NCBI RefSeq assembly: GCF_000181795.1
Contig: NW_003526948.1
Location: 2,040,980-2,104,979, forward strand
DNA length: 64,000 nt
From: Trichinella spiralis
Lineage: Eukaryota
Direction: 5' to 3'
Shown piece after piece: positions 36,187 through 51,261 of the stretch. The notes under the pieces were generated by a model. That model saw nothing but the letters and a program-made list of their open reading frames with translations. It did not search any database and was not told where the DNA came from. The stretch's first letter is position 1, and every line of letters starts with the position of its first letter. Position numbers and translations under genes: made by a program.

Positions 36187-39100
36187 TGGAACACTGTCAC
36201 TTGCCTGTCGTGATAGTCAAATCTTCAACAGTAATTGACCCTGTAACATTATGTACCACAATTAGCATTGATTTTAAAATATATTTTAAAAAAATCATCC
36301 AATCAAACCGCGAAAAATGAATAAAGCGTTCGCGTAAAATCATAATTTAAAAAAATACGCGGGACAATTCTATGAACAGGGAAGACAAATAGCATGATTC
36401 ACCACCACCACCACCAGTCATATCGTGATTTTTGATGAACATTCTCTTCCAGAATTGAAAAAGTAACCTGAAAAAAAATAACAATATATATATATATATA
36501 TACATATTGAAATGATTTTCTTGTTGAACAAGCAAATAAAAATTGTTCGACAATTTTACAACCTTTACAACCCAACAAACCAACTAACTACCTAACCGAT
36601 ATATATATATATAATAATCACGCCTATAGGGAATAGGAAGAAATTATCAAATATCGATTACTGATTATAGTAGTGATTTTGAGGAAAATTTGTCCTCCTC
36701 CAAAGTTCCGCATATTATACACACACGTGTACGAGGAAATGGATACAAATTGATTTCTCACTCCAAGCGCATACATACATACATACCTACATGATCACCA
36801 AAGTTAAATAACAAGAATAATAATAATAACAATAATCGTATGCACAGTCTAATAAATGCAAAGTGAAACTGCGAATTTCACTTGTCGGACTTGTTTGGTG
36901 AAAAGAATAAAAGAAAAGAAATATCACATACCACGCAGGCGCACACACAGTTCAATCAGAAAAAAGATAACGCTTTCTTGAAAGCAAAACAATTCTAGCA
37001 AAAACTGATTTGAGATGATAAGAAGAAAATTGAAAATTTATACATACATATATATGTATATATAACAATATTTGAAATTTGAATTTCAGATTAGATATGG
37101 AGACAAAGAGAAAGAAAACAGAAACAGAAAACAAAGATGAAAAAGATTATGCATATGGTATATATATATATATATATATATATGTAACAGAAGAACAGAG
37201 AAAATTGCATTGTTGCCAAAATTGGCCAAAAGCAAAAACTGTGGATCAATTGATTTTCGGATAACGGGTTGAATCAACTGCATATAGAACAGTTGAATGG
37301 AAACGAACCTAGACGGGTCACATTGTTCGAGAGCCGGTGAACCGTCAAATCGGTCCAATGGCAATAACCGTTCGGAGACAGTGATACGGCCGTCCAACTA
37401 AACTGGTTGGTATGCATTGTGCTTGGTGGTGGGCAAAAGCGTGCGCCGCTTGTTATACATCCCCGAATACAGCGGCTTGTTGGGCACCGGCAGACTGAGG
37501 CGACCAATTCGACCGGAAATCCAACGCCGTCGACCCTCGACGGCAATGGATATTAGTTTTGAAAATTGGCCAACAGCCGGCCGGCCGGTCACAAATGCCA
37601 TGCCAAGCTGCTCTGCGATCGCGTGATGCTTCTCCAAACCCACAACAATAGCGGCCATGACCACAGCCAGAGAGAGCTGTAGTGAATGAAGAGTTGCGTT
37701 CAGCAAGCGAGCTTGGTTGAAAATTTCTCAAGTTGTCAAAAAGTAAGAAACCAACAACAACAACAACAATACTAATAATATATAATCAAACAAAATGTGA
37801 CCAACGGTCGTAAATCACACACCCAACTTTGCCCGCTTGAAGCTAGACGACTGACGAAACCGATTGGCTGCTGCTGCTGTTGTTGTTGTTGTTTTTTCGC
37901 ATTTTTCAAACTCCAAATAATTACAGTAAGAATAGAAAAACAATTATAACTCGAGCTTTGATAGCTTGCCTGGCAGGCTGCTTTTTGAATATAATAAAAG
38001 TGAAAATTTCACGATGATTTCGAATGTGTTCAACACGTGCCCAGAGACGGACAGAATTCTATTGGAGAACAAGCAATTCAACCGACTTGATCACATCTGT
38101 TGCAAAAGACAGCAAAAATGACAAACGGAGATGGAAAATGGAAAACTAAAAAAAAAAAGAAAAAGAAGCAGCAGCTAACCAACCAGCCAAGTCAACCAGA
38201 CAGCACAGCAAACCCTGCTTGTTGGTCAATTGATACCAACAAGCACATATGCTGGTTGGACCGTTTGTTTTGGCGATGAGTCAGTGGATTATTTCTTTTT
38301 TCCCGAAGGACATTCCCAACTACAGTAACATGGAAAATAATAAAATAAATAAATAAATAAATATATAAACAAATGTTGAACGTTGTCGTTTGGTGGTCGT
38401 CGGACAAAATGTATCGCTTTTTTGCTTTCTTCAAACAATTCACACGAGCTCGTCGTTAGCGGCTTGTGCTTAGCTGGTCAAATCGACTAGCGGTGAAAAC
38501 GGAGGAAAAAAAAATTAATAAAAGCAACAAAAGATAAAAAATTAATCATCCCTGAACAAACACGCACGAAAATCGAAACGAAAAATAACGCGTTCACTTT
38601 TCAAACTTGCACAAATCCCAAAACAACAACGATAAAATTAAGCAATTAATTAATTTTTTTGTTAAATATAAAAAAATAATTAAAAAATGAAAAAATAAAT
38701 AAATAAAAACAATATCAACGCGGTGAGATATGGATTATGGATTACGTGTGCGATGATTGTTGACAACAACAGAACAACAGTATTATTTTTATTTACCCAG
38801 CTGATTAGTTTAGCCATTTGTCACAAACGACGGACAAAAGTTGTGCTTGCTTGGATGAAATTTGTTTTTTGCTTCGTTTGTTCTGTTTTTTTTCATTTTT
38901 TTTGCTTTGACCACAGTTGAAAATAGTGAAAAAATAAATAAAATATCACACTTCATATTCACACCTTAGTCCAGTTATACACGGCGGAGAAATTGTTTAA
39001 CTAATTCTGAAGTTTGAAAATAAAAAAAAATTCATAGTCATATTTGAAAAAAACAGTAGTGCCTTGTTCAAAGTCCCCCAACTGATCAGCTGAGAAGTTG

Positions 39101-42100
39101 AATGGTACTGGTTTCAAAATTCGTCCCTGATTAACCGCCACGATTACAGTATGTTACCGATAATGGAGATATGCAAGTTGAACTTGTTGAAATGGCAATC
39201 GTCAGTGGCATTGCATCACATGATAAATATTAATAATAATAATAAAATGAGATTTGAGAAAACAGCTGCTCAATTTTTCATGAAATAAAAACCATAAAGA
39301 AAGTGAATAAGGAAACAAGATGATCCGGTGGAAAATGGGGAGTGGGGATTAGGGTTTTTTTTTCTCTGAGTATAAGCGGTTTAACAAGGCCGACAATGGA
39401 ATGTTGGAGAAAATTGTCCAGTATGGGAGAAGACGTTCCGGCTAAGGTTGGGTGGGGGATTAGCACTGGCCGTTCAAGTGTGTCGGTCCAGTAGTGTCCA
39501 GTTACGGCCGTTGATGACCGGACTGAAAAAGGCGGCCGCATTGCGCAACAAGCATTTGCCAGAGCCGGAAAAGCTGCTTCGCCGCGGGAAAGCGGCGACC
39601 TGTCAACCATCTTCTCCAAGCACTGGGGTCAACGTTGGCCTCGCCGAAGCACCTGCCTGTCTATGCTAGATGGAGTATTATTATTTATTATTAGCCGGTG
39701 ACCACAGGGCCGTCCGTTGTGATTGGAAAATAATAATCCTCGAAATAAATATTCGTATTCGAATAAAAAAAATTAGTCGCTTGGTATAAATTTGCAAATT
39801 CTACTGCTTCAGCATACGGTTCGCTTAATTGTATGGGAAAATGATCCATCTCTACCTGTTCGTGTTCATTCACGCGTGCGTATCGGTTTCGTACAATTTT
39901 CCTATCAGTTGCTGACAAGCCTGGGCGTGTCAGCTGTCATCATGGGCGTTGACCGTTGGACAGTGGTGACAAAATGGTTGTGCTGGTGGTGGTGGTGGTG
40001 GTGGATTTTTTCTCTGCTGACCAGCAGAGGGCCACAAATGACGGGAAATGGACCAGAAAAACGTCACCTGTGTAGAATAAAAATGGCAAAGTGCAGCGGG
40101 ACGCAGGCGTCGGCGCTAATTGCAGCTCATTTCCAAGCGAGACGATAAGCGACGTGACGTGACCGGCGGTCGGCAGGCAAGCAGGCAGGTCGGCCGGCCG
40201 GCCGGCCGGCGCCCAACGATCACCACACCAAGCTTGTGAATAGATAGATTGTTGTCCAGATGCGGAGGCCGGTAACAAATGACCGACAGTGTTGCTGTTG
40301 TTGTACGACAATTGTAATTGCAACAGTCAGGCGTTGACTATATCCAGCCCCGTTGCGTGGAAATTGGACACCGGTGTCGAATTAAATGTTGAAACAAAAA
40401 TACAATCCACACACGCCTGTATGTATGTATACATGCAAGTGGAGAAAATGGAAATGCATAAAAAGAGAAGAAAAAAAAAGAAGAAAGCAGAACAAACAAA
40501 GCAGACGGTAGACGCGCACGGATTGAATCCGATCAAATCGACGTTCAATGGAGAACCATTCGAGACCGAGACGGTCGAATTACGGTGGCTTAAATGAAGC
40601 TCGGCGGCAAGCTGGAGGTCAGGCAAGCGGTCCGATGCCTCTGCATACCCGTTGCTGGTAAGAGGGCTTGTTGCAAATCGGCCGTGAAAGTTGTTAGCAA
40701 AAGAAAAAAAAAGAGAAGAAGCTTGGAATGAACGCACGGAGACGAACAATGACGTCGTTGCAGCTGTGTTGCGGTGCGGCTCATTTCCGTCGGTAGCGAA
40801 TAAAAGCAAAAAACCCAAGCTTAGAGAAGTTCAAGCAGTGATCAAAGGGAACCGTGGTGGGACAATTGACCAACGTGCAAACGGCAACGCAAAAGAGAAA
40901 AAAAAGAAATAATACGCTCCGGTTAATCCGCGGATGTACGATAGCCGGTGTCAATGAACAACAATAAAGAAGCAGCCAGCATAATAGCAATATTAATGAA
41001 GAAAGTGAAAAGGTCGTGCATTATTATTTGATTCTTCTTTTTGTTTTCCAAATTAATTCAAATAATATTTCCAAGAAAATATTTATAAAAACAGAAAAAA
41101 AAGATAGAAAACCTGAAGACAGGAAGAATGGTAAAATGTTAGAAAAAAAATTCTTTTTTGATAATTTATTATTTCATCACGCCTGATTGTCAGTATGAAA
41201 ATTTACACCTTATCAGCAGAGAATATATATATACCGCCTACGTGAAAACCAGTTCCACCTGAAGCGTAATAACGTTTGGCCGAATTTGGTGAATGATGAT
41301 AATGATGATGATGATAATAATATGTGAAGATGGAATTTTTTGATAAAATTTAATTTTCGTTACGTTATAATATTGATTAATTTCGACTATTGAAAAACAA
41401 GAACAACTACACCACAACTCCTATAGTAATAATAATAATTCCATTGGAAAATGGTAATTTATAAAAAAGAGAGAATAATAATAATAATAATAAAAAATTC
41501 AAATGCAACATGATAAATATTTAATACCGCATTTCAGTAGATGCAGTTGAATGGATTCTTCTTCTGATTTATAATTGATGATCGTCATTTGAAAGCAAGT
41601 GCTTTCGAGTTGTGCAGTGCAGTGCAGAGAAGAGTGAAAATTTTCAAACTGAGGAAGAGAGATGGATCGCGCTGGTTGCAACGCTGGACAAGCTAACTAC
41701 AACACCACCGACAACAACCAGCAGGCGAAGGTAAAGCTTGAGCTGAAAAACTGACCAATGACCGAAGAGACGAACGTTCGGTCCGAACGGCTAAGTGGAG
41801 CGTGATTCGCCGAGCTTTTGCGCACCGTGGCAATTGGAGGAAGATTTATTGCCGACAGTTTATATTGTGCAACTCTGGCAGCAACAATGACCGGAAGTGA
41901 GCGCAAGAAATTGATGACCATCGGGCAGATGATCAGCAAGCAAGCAATTGGTGTTTTGAATTATTTGCTTTTTCCCCACAATTTCCACATTCAAATTTTA
42001 ATATCTGCAAGGGGCAATTTTATTATTCTTCATCTTTTTTTCTTTTTGCACACAGCTTGTACGGTTGGATATTGACTAGCATTAAGCAATTTGCAGTAAA

Positions 42101-42626
42101 AAGTTGGAACCAAATTCCACGATGGGACGAGAAAGCACTGACCGGTCGTAACGTCGACGACCTTGTCTCGTCTTATCTTGTTGTCTGGTCTCACCTTGCC
42201 CTGCCCTGTGCCCATGGCATGAAGAACGAGCAGAAGAGGTGAGAGAACAGCCAAAAACTGGGTACAGTAGCTGCTACTGTCGTCTGCTCTGCTCTGTGGC
42301 CACCTGTTTGCGCATCCTTATCAAGGCAATAATCGTCGTTGCTATTTTTGTCACTTAATTATGACCTCGTCAATGGACTCATTCTTTGCTCACTTAACCT
42401 TGCACCAACCGTGCACTATTGCCAACCCCTCCCATTTGATGAATAAATTCTATTTACTTATTTATTAATTGAAATATTTCACAATTGATTTTGGTCAGTG
42501 GAGGAGCAATTTGCATTTTGAAACAACAAAGAAAAAACGGGAGACAAGATAAAGCTTTCGTGATTATTTAAATTTTCAAAATGCTCAGAAACCCTTTCAC
42601 CTATTCACTCACTCACTCACTCACAA

Positions 42627-42657
<31 letters not shown>

Positions 42658-43576
42658 TTTGACGACGTCAGAATAAGTTGTCAAAAAGAATGATAAAAGA
42701 TCAGTGAAAGAGGAAAAGAATTGGCATCCTTTGCCAAAGCGAGCGACAAACTCACTTTTCAAGCTTAATCCACCTGATAACCAACTGCCAGCCACATTGT
42801 GACAGCTGTTGTTGACAAGTGTTCTTCATGTACTTACTACTACACATGCAGAATCAGAATTTTGAAACTTTATCATTTTTTGTTTGGCATTTATGAATTT
42901 TGTGCGAATGATTAAAATTGTTTTCACACAAATCAGTTTCAAAAGGGGGTTGGAAAGTATACGCAAATGAGCTTATTGATTATTGTTGATTCAAGTGTGT
43001 ATAAGCATTTGATGGTGATCGGAATTTGTCGAGTGCTCTTGGAAAAGAATCAACTGCATTCAAATTGTCCATTATTACAATTTTGAAAAAATTAAAAAGT
43101 AAAAACACAATAATAATAAAAAAAAAGAAATTTTCTACATACCTCGTAGATAATGTGTAAGAAAATGACGAATTCATAGTTTGAATTTTGACAAAGTTTT
43201 CTGCGGCTATCTATCTTTGAATTGAAAATTGCTGCTTGCTGGTTGTTCTTTTCGACACATTGGAACAGAAGAGCAAGTTCGCCTCTGGCAGTGAACGAGC
43301 AAGCAGCCAAGCAAGCCAACAAGCACATATGGGCTCAAAGAGAAAAGCATCAATGACAAACCACTTTGCCAGTCGACAAAATATTAAATTGAAAGCTTGC
43401 CGGATCGATGGATGCTTCTTGAGGCAGCAAGAACGAGTGTCGCCTTGTCGAACCGACCGAGGTCGGTGTCGCATCTTCATCGTGGTATAATTCATTTTTG
43501 CCCTCTGCTTTTGTACATTGGTCTACCTACAAAAGCATTCATCTCGACAAACATCGACTGTAGACTAGACAATTTT

Positions 43577-43616
<40 letters not shown>
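43577..43616. repeat. Compound (CA)n(TA)n microsatellite
   Basis: Directly visible. Confidence 0.9.
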
Positions 43617-46600
43617 CGTATATTAATTTAATTACCCGATTGCTTCTTCTTCTTCTTCTGATTTTTCATTTTTAATTACTTTTCATCGTATCTGCTATCA
43701 ACTTTGGTTGCGAAGCAACGATGCGAAACTTCTTACCCAACAACAAAAAGGAAGACAGGCAATTTTACCGTTAAGCTTCTTTTCACCTGTCGTACAATTC
43801 ACATTTTGTTAAATTAAAATGTGAATATGTGTGTCGCTTTGTTTTCAAAAATCGACCTAATTCTGAAACAAAATTTTACAATAAATTAATTTTAAAAAAT
43901 GAATAATGAACATGCGAATATTAAAATTTTGATATGCTCGAGTGAAAAAAAAAGAAAATGAGATAAAATTGAACACAATGCTAACTGTACTCAATAATAT
44001 TTTCCATTTTGCCGGTTGTTCATATTGCTTGAACTAGAAGTGTTCCATTGTTGACCTATTCGATATTATCATTATCATCATCATCATATCGTTTTTGGAC
44101 GTTGAAGCATTTTATTCAATTTGACATTTGCATTGAAAAATGATAATTTCAAATTTGTACATTTATCGGTTGTTATACTTTTCGTTTGAGCTTTCCATTA
44201 GAGTATTATTCTTTTTTTTTCGTTCTTTTAATATTCCAATCTTGAATAAACATGTTGACAAAATTGGCACTTGTTTATTTGTGGTATTGTTGGAAAATCT
44301 TTCCAACAGCATAGCTGTACGATGACAAGAGCGAATGCAGCATTATTGTCAACTTTCACAAGTGCCTCTATGTGGAAGGGAAAATGGCTACTTGATGGCA
44401 ATTTTTTCCTTCACGACAAGGTGTGTTGTTCAACGTGAGCAAAGTGAAAAGCGGATTTGACCTTAAACTGTGCATTATTGATGATGACAAAAGTATCCTC
44501 AGCCGGTGACCTCATCGCGGCGAAGCAATGCCAAAGGTCGACACAACAACACCGTATCCATTTGCAGAATAAGGAAATAGCCCTTCTTGCATTGTCCTCG
44601 TATAAAATTGATTCGAGCTCACTGGACGAACACCAAGTACAGTTCGTCTCGGCTAGTTGCTAATAGTTCGAAAAGGGGAAAAGCACACAGCAGCAGCAAT
44701 TTCTTGGGATTGGGGGAGGATTCATTTTTCTATTCGCTCAATTCTCAACAAAATTTGTTTTCAAAATTGAATTTCAATTCTTCAATTATACGTGAAAAGC
44801 CACCGGATATTGCTTCGCTTCTTTCTTTTCTTTTTTTCCAACAACAAGTTGATGGTGTCAATTTGACAAGTGCCAACATTTTTCACCATTCACATCCGCC
44901 GTCCACTATTCGAACCGACCAGTGAGTGAGTGAATTGACAGGCTGACTTGGTGCTACAACAATTGCAGCTTATGAACAGCATTGCAGAAATGATGAAATC
45001 AATGAATAACAAATTGACCCAAATTGCACCACTCGTCATTGTTGCGATCAAGTCGTTCAACTTTTACTAGCGACCCTGTCAACTGGTTGGTTTTGATCAT
45101 CATTAGCTTGCTGATTTATGAGTCGGCAGTGCTTTGTAAAAATGCTGCAAACTGGCTTTTGCAGAGAAGATTTATCGTGAAATTACAGCCAACTTGGAAG
45201 AATGGGAAAAAGGCAAGCGAACGAATATTGCAGATGTTTCGTTCGTGTTTGTCGACAATGCTGAAAGCAGAGGAAAAAAGCCATCAGCAGAGAAACAGGA
45301 GGAAGAGCAGAAGAGGGGGAAGCTTGAAGAAGAGCAATAATAATAGTTAATAGAATGAGAATAGAAAAGTTCATCTTTTCCAAGTGGCTATTTCCACATT
45401 TGTATACATCTATATATATATAGATGTATTGTTGTTCAGTTACACCTGCCGGGTCAGCTTCTGGTAGCACCTCCAGCTGACGAGCACATTGTTTAGCAGA
45501 GAAATTAATCGCAACGAAGATTTGCAAACAGTGACAACGTCGGCTCTTGAGCTTGCTTGAAAGCTTGAACAAAGCCGTGCCGACCAGCTTATTAAATGGT
45601 GCTCGTGTGGCAATCTTTTTTTGAAAATCGTTCAAGCAACGCATTAGCTGCAGCTCTGGACGGCTTGAGCGCGCAGATGTTCACCTTGATAATCTGCTTA
45701 AGCGAAAAGCTGGGCCATCCATCTTGTTCGCCGCTCTCCAAGTCTCTCGGCTCGGTGAACCTTCTTTTTCAGACAATGAACATTCTTTATTTTTTTTTCT
45801 TTCACTATTCAAAGCTTTTCTCCCATTATTAGAACTTCAATATTTCTATTACGTTATGTTTAACATCTGCAACTGATGGTCAAGTTCCAAGTAATATAGA
45901 ATGATGATAATAAAGCCAATAAAAATTATAAGCTGTATGTTGCAAAGAAAGCAACAAATAAACATTAAATGGCAAATCAACTGAACCAATGAAATTGTTA
46001 AGAGAATTTTCATAAAACTTTTTGCATTTAAACATCCCACGAGCAATTAATTCACTTTGAAAAGGTGCAAAATTGTTGCCCATCCTTTTGCAATCTTTCT
46101 CTCTCTCTCTCTGAAGATCTTTGCCAAAGTGGAAAGCAAATTTAATTTCTTCCCACCATGCCAAGCTGGTGAACATTTGGAAAATAAAAATCAATTTTAA
46201 ATTTTATCTTTTCCAAACTGCAAGCAGCCAACGCTTGCCGACGTTGGGCGTTGGAAAATTTCATGAACAAAGCGAAAAGTGGACACAAAACATTTGCCGC
46301 CGTCACTGTTGGCAAAGCTTATTTGAAAAGCGGATGATAAAGTTGGCCAACCAGTTGGCTGATTTCGAAAATTAAAAGCGAAATTAAATGCTCGCTTGAA
46401 ACTTGCAAAATGAATGCATATATTTTCATTTTGAAAAATCAAAAAAAGAAGCACCCCGGTGAGTTTGTAATGGGGTGCCATTTTTGCCCGAAGCAATTTG
46501 CCACGATGATCAATAATATTTGCCCTTTTTCACTTTGTGAAAAGTTAATCGATTAAGCGATGTGTTTGTTAGTCGATGTTGTTTTCATATGTGCTAATAC

Positions 46601-49600
46601 TGAAAATTCACAAACAAACAAACGAGATAAAAAAATGAATAAAAATTTCTTCGACAAAAGTGAAGCTCTGAAGCGTGGTATGAGGAGAAAGAAAAATCGA
46701 TCCGGATACCCGTGTCAGAATTGTAATTGCTCCAAAAGCATCAATGCGATTGGGTCAATTGAGGAAGGAAGCTTTTCCATTTCGCCGTGCAACTAGCTTT
46801 GACAGGTCCGAGCAAAAATTAACAACGCTACAATGCTTCATCTGAACAATTCAATTTCAACTATTCGATGAATGAAAGTCGAAGAAAAAAGAAAAGCAAA
46901 TAAATAAAACAAAAAAAGAAGAGCAACAAAAATTACATTCCCATATTCAAATATTTCAATAAATTATGAAATGCTGTTTTACGAAAAGTGTATCCATATA
47001 TAATTCATTACAAATTTGCACAGAAATTGAAAATTGTAACATTTTCTGATTAAATTTAAACATATCGATTTTGTTCGTTTAAATTCTTATCATTATTTCT
47101 TAATTTTGTCAACAATTTAAATTTATTCAAAAATGCATACATTTATAGAAAATGCCCTTATTTCAAAAAAAAAATTGACAATGCAATGATGACCATGCTA
47201 TCAGTCATTTGAAAAACCTTATCCAAAGTCATATTAACACTTTTGTAAATAAGGCCAGATTATAATTCTTTTCGATGAGAAGTAAAATTATCAAATTGAA
47301 GCATCATCACGTATTTTTTTTCTTTCTCAAAATGCACAAAGTATGGGGTGCAAAAATTTTGAAATAACAGAGTAAAGTAGAAATAATTTTGCTCAAACGT
47401 TATAAAAGAAAAAGGTAAAATGATTTTGTTTTATAATGAAGAAAAAAGTAATTATTTTCTCATTTCCCCCCCATTCTCCAGATGAAGTCTGAGAATATCC
47501 CATCCACATCGCCAATATCCCGTAGTTAAGATTTCGTAATTGAAAACAAAAAAAGAAGCCGATCCGTGATACTCGACCTGCCCTGACCGTTTTTATCCTT
47601 TTTCCTTCAGGCAGATTGACGTGGGTCGATGGAAGGGTGCATTCCAACGCCTCCAAGCTACTTGGCGGCGCCATACAGCCGCCTCAAGTGAATTCCCACC
47701 GTGATGGACAGTTGCTGGCCAACGGTCAAGAGCATCGACAAACAGCTGCACGTGGCTATCCACTTTGTAAAACAAGCTTAAACGCTTCCAACGAAGACTT
47801 TCGGCACGTTTCCTTAGAACAATGCTAGTGTCGACCGGACGCAGGTCAAGTGGGTATCCAAAAATCAACCAAAAAAAGCATCATCACGCAGAACAGTAAA
47901 TGAAAACTTTTCCTCCATTCACACATTGTATACATACATGCATGCGTATGAACGAATGCACCTGTATCCCTCTCTCATTCTCTGTGTGTGTGTAGGTAGG
48001 TAGGTGCATATTTATTGTGTTTTACAAATGTTTTGAAAACAACATTTCAAAATGCAGCAGTAGACATTAAATATTTTCGAGATGAACAGCACATTCGCAT
48101 TAATGAGTGAAAACCAATAAAAGAATTAAAGTTTCAAATTCTTCAAAGCAGCATTTAGAAAAATGTGTGCACTACGTATGAATTTAAACTTAAACTTCTT
48201 AAATGAAAGTATTCGACATTTTCAATTGAACATGTGCACTAAAATAACATCTGCTAATGTTTGCTGCTAAACTTCAGTTGGTTGTGTACTAAATGGAGCC
48301 CATTTCCATCACATTTATCAGACGAACATTGATATCACTCGAAAGCACTCAGATTATTGATTGAGTACACAACGTGGATTGGGCCATTTGCGTAGCAGTT
48401 CTGTATAATTTTTCGCAAGGCTAACTTGGATCCACTTCATCCAAGTGGACGTTCAAATATTAACCTTGTCCACCCGGCGCCTGTCTGACCGTTCCTATCA
48501 TGACCTAAGCACAGCCACCGGTTATACACTTGCAGCTGGTGAATTGGCGCCATACAGTCAGTCATCTTTTACCCGCTCAAAAGTCAATTCACTTTCCTCT
48601 TCTCAAACAGCATAATTAAACACGGGCAACCGAAATAATTACAACTAATTTAACTTATTTTTTATCCATCAAAACTATAGCCACGTGCAATTAGCCAATC
48701 ATATTCTGCCAAAAATATGGTCGTCGATGAATGCAGACAATTGAATCATTTACAAAATTATAATACTTTCGTAATAAGGCAAAAAAATTATTCCAAACAA
48801 GCAAATTTAAGCAGATTAATTTCATTTAATAAATTGAGCCCAAACCAAAGACATTCCACATCCGAATTTTGTCTGGTGATTTAGCAAAATTTTAATTTTC
48901 AATTTTGTGTTGAAATTTTCTCATTCATTTATAGAAAAGTTTATAAATGCGAAAATGAACATGGTTAGGGACAGGGCATACATTTCAAAGAAAAACACCA
49001 GAAAATAATTTTGATGGCAAAAAATTCTGAAATGAAATGAGAAAGCGGTGAATAAATGGGGGCCCCGGTGCGAGTCGCATCAGACCTAGATAAAACAGCA
49101 CACCGTCGCCAGACGCTGGAGAGAAATTTCAGGCGCAAGTGATTTGCATAATTGAAAAACAACCTCCACGTAGCCTGAATTGGGGTTTGAATTGAACGCT
49201 GAATTTATTTGCCTTTCTTTCTGAGAACTTCAACTTCACTCGATTGAATGTAAAATAGAAAATGAAAAATTCAAATTCTAACAATCAAAATAATCTCAAA
49301 TATTGAAATATCATCAATATTTCTCGTCTACAGTCATAAATTTCTCGCAGTTATTGAACAAACAAACGACTTGTTGATTCGATTGCGCTGATACATTATA
49401 TACTAATTTTAGGTTCCATTTTTTAATGCAAAAAATTAAATTACCATAAAAATGAAAAGAAAAGAAAAAAAAAGCACAACTTACCAAAACGGACGTCTTC
49501 AGATTGTTGAAGTCGAACTGGTCGTTGCGCTGTTTTGAAATTATAATAAAAATGGACGAATTTTCGAATCCAATTTGTACGACGATCGACGTCCAATCTC

Positions 49601-51261
49601 TGTTCGACGAAAAAAACCAGTCTTTGCAGTCGTCGCGAAGCACTACTGTAAGATTGTTTCAAATCACGCACTCGTATGCAAATTTTTTATTCCACTCAAT
49701 TTTGCACCAATAATTGAAGCGATGCAATTTTACACTCTGTAAATAAGAAGAAAAAAGAAAAACAACTACACGGACGGAACTTTACAAATCAACAAATATT
49801 TTAAGCATCTTTACTTATCAAACGCATTTATTCCACAACGTTAATTTGGTTCGTGTTTTTTTTATCAGTGGTTAGATTTGGCATCATCTACTTTACAACA
49901 AAGAACATTATTACATTCTATTAGAACATAATTCAAAGCAAGTTGCGACTGAAAACAAAATAGACAACTGCCACTCATCGAGATTTTTCGTGTTCTTTTG
50001 AAAAATTTTAAAAATTCAAATTACTTTGTATTTACACTTCGGATGAAATATCAAACTGAAAAATACATTCAATTCATTAAATTAAAAATAATAATTTCGT
50101 TTTTAAAAAAACAACAAAAAGTTTTTGTATTTGTTTCTTTTATTCCACATCATCAGCAGAATTGGAACAAGATATTAAGTCAATAGAAGTGTTTTTTTTT
50201 CTTTTTATGAATAAATTGTTTCAATTTCTCTGGCTTCACTTTGATTAAATAAAAAATAGTTTGCTTTTCATATAATTTGCTAATGTAATTGCGTCAAATT
50301 GATTCTTTGAAATTGAGTCGAAATAATAAAATGCAAGTTTACACAATCATAACACGGTCCTTTTTTTAAGTGGTTTCATTTTAAAGGGCACACAACCAAC
50401 CAAAATAAACAATTCTTTTTCAGCCACAAATTTTCTTATTATTAATTATTAATCATATTAAAAATTAAACCTAACAAACAATTCAATGCATTCAAATAAG
50501 ACAAAAAACTACAAAAAGGAGTACACGATTTGCTTAATTTTATCATTCAAATCGAAACAAGACTTCTAGTATGGGAAAAAAATCATCTAAACTATTTAAC
50601 ACCCTGAAAAAGACCAAATCTATAATTATTTTATAATAATTTAGTACAAATATTTCTCGAAAGCATAAATAATAAAAAAACAGCACTATGAAATTTAAAA
50701 AGCATTTACAGTATAAAAATTGTTTGAAAGTCAAGTTCAAATATCAAAAAACAAATTTACTTTTTTATGCAATAATTAAAATTAAAATTAAAAATATGCA
50801 TTAATAGTCATAAATATATTTATTTATGAAATAAATAAATAAAAATAAACAATATATCATTTGAATTCATAAAATTTTTGAGGTATATATTTGAAATAAT
50901 ACCGCCGATTAAATTTTTAAAAAATTTACCTGCATATTTTTTGAAACATTAAAGATACTTATCGGCCGCGTTCATTTGTGAAGCTTTTCGGCTACCGTTA
51001 CGCTGTGTTGGTACGACTGTCTGTTATTTCAGTTTTCTACTATTATTTTTCACATCAAACTTTTCACGTTTTCATTTGAACTTATTTTTATTTCACGTGA
51101 TTATTATTTTACAGGTATTAAAAATTATTTTATTCACTGTTATTCAGATGTTTTTTATTATTAAAATCAGATTTAATACAAACATGACTGTATAAAAATG
51201 ATACATTCAGAGTGTTCATCATAAGTACGTTTTAGGTGATATTAGCGATATTGTCTTCAAA

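Noticed and set aside
44435..44455. GTGAGCAAAGT resembling the 5' end of miR-87
   Set aside because: The match stops after 11 nt and no complementary arm is evident.
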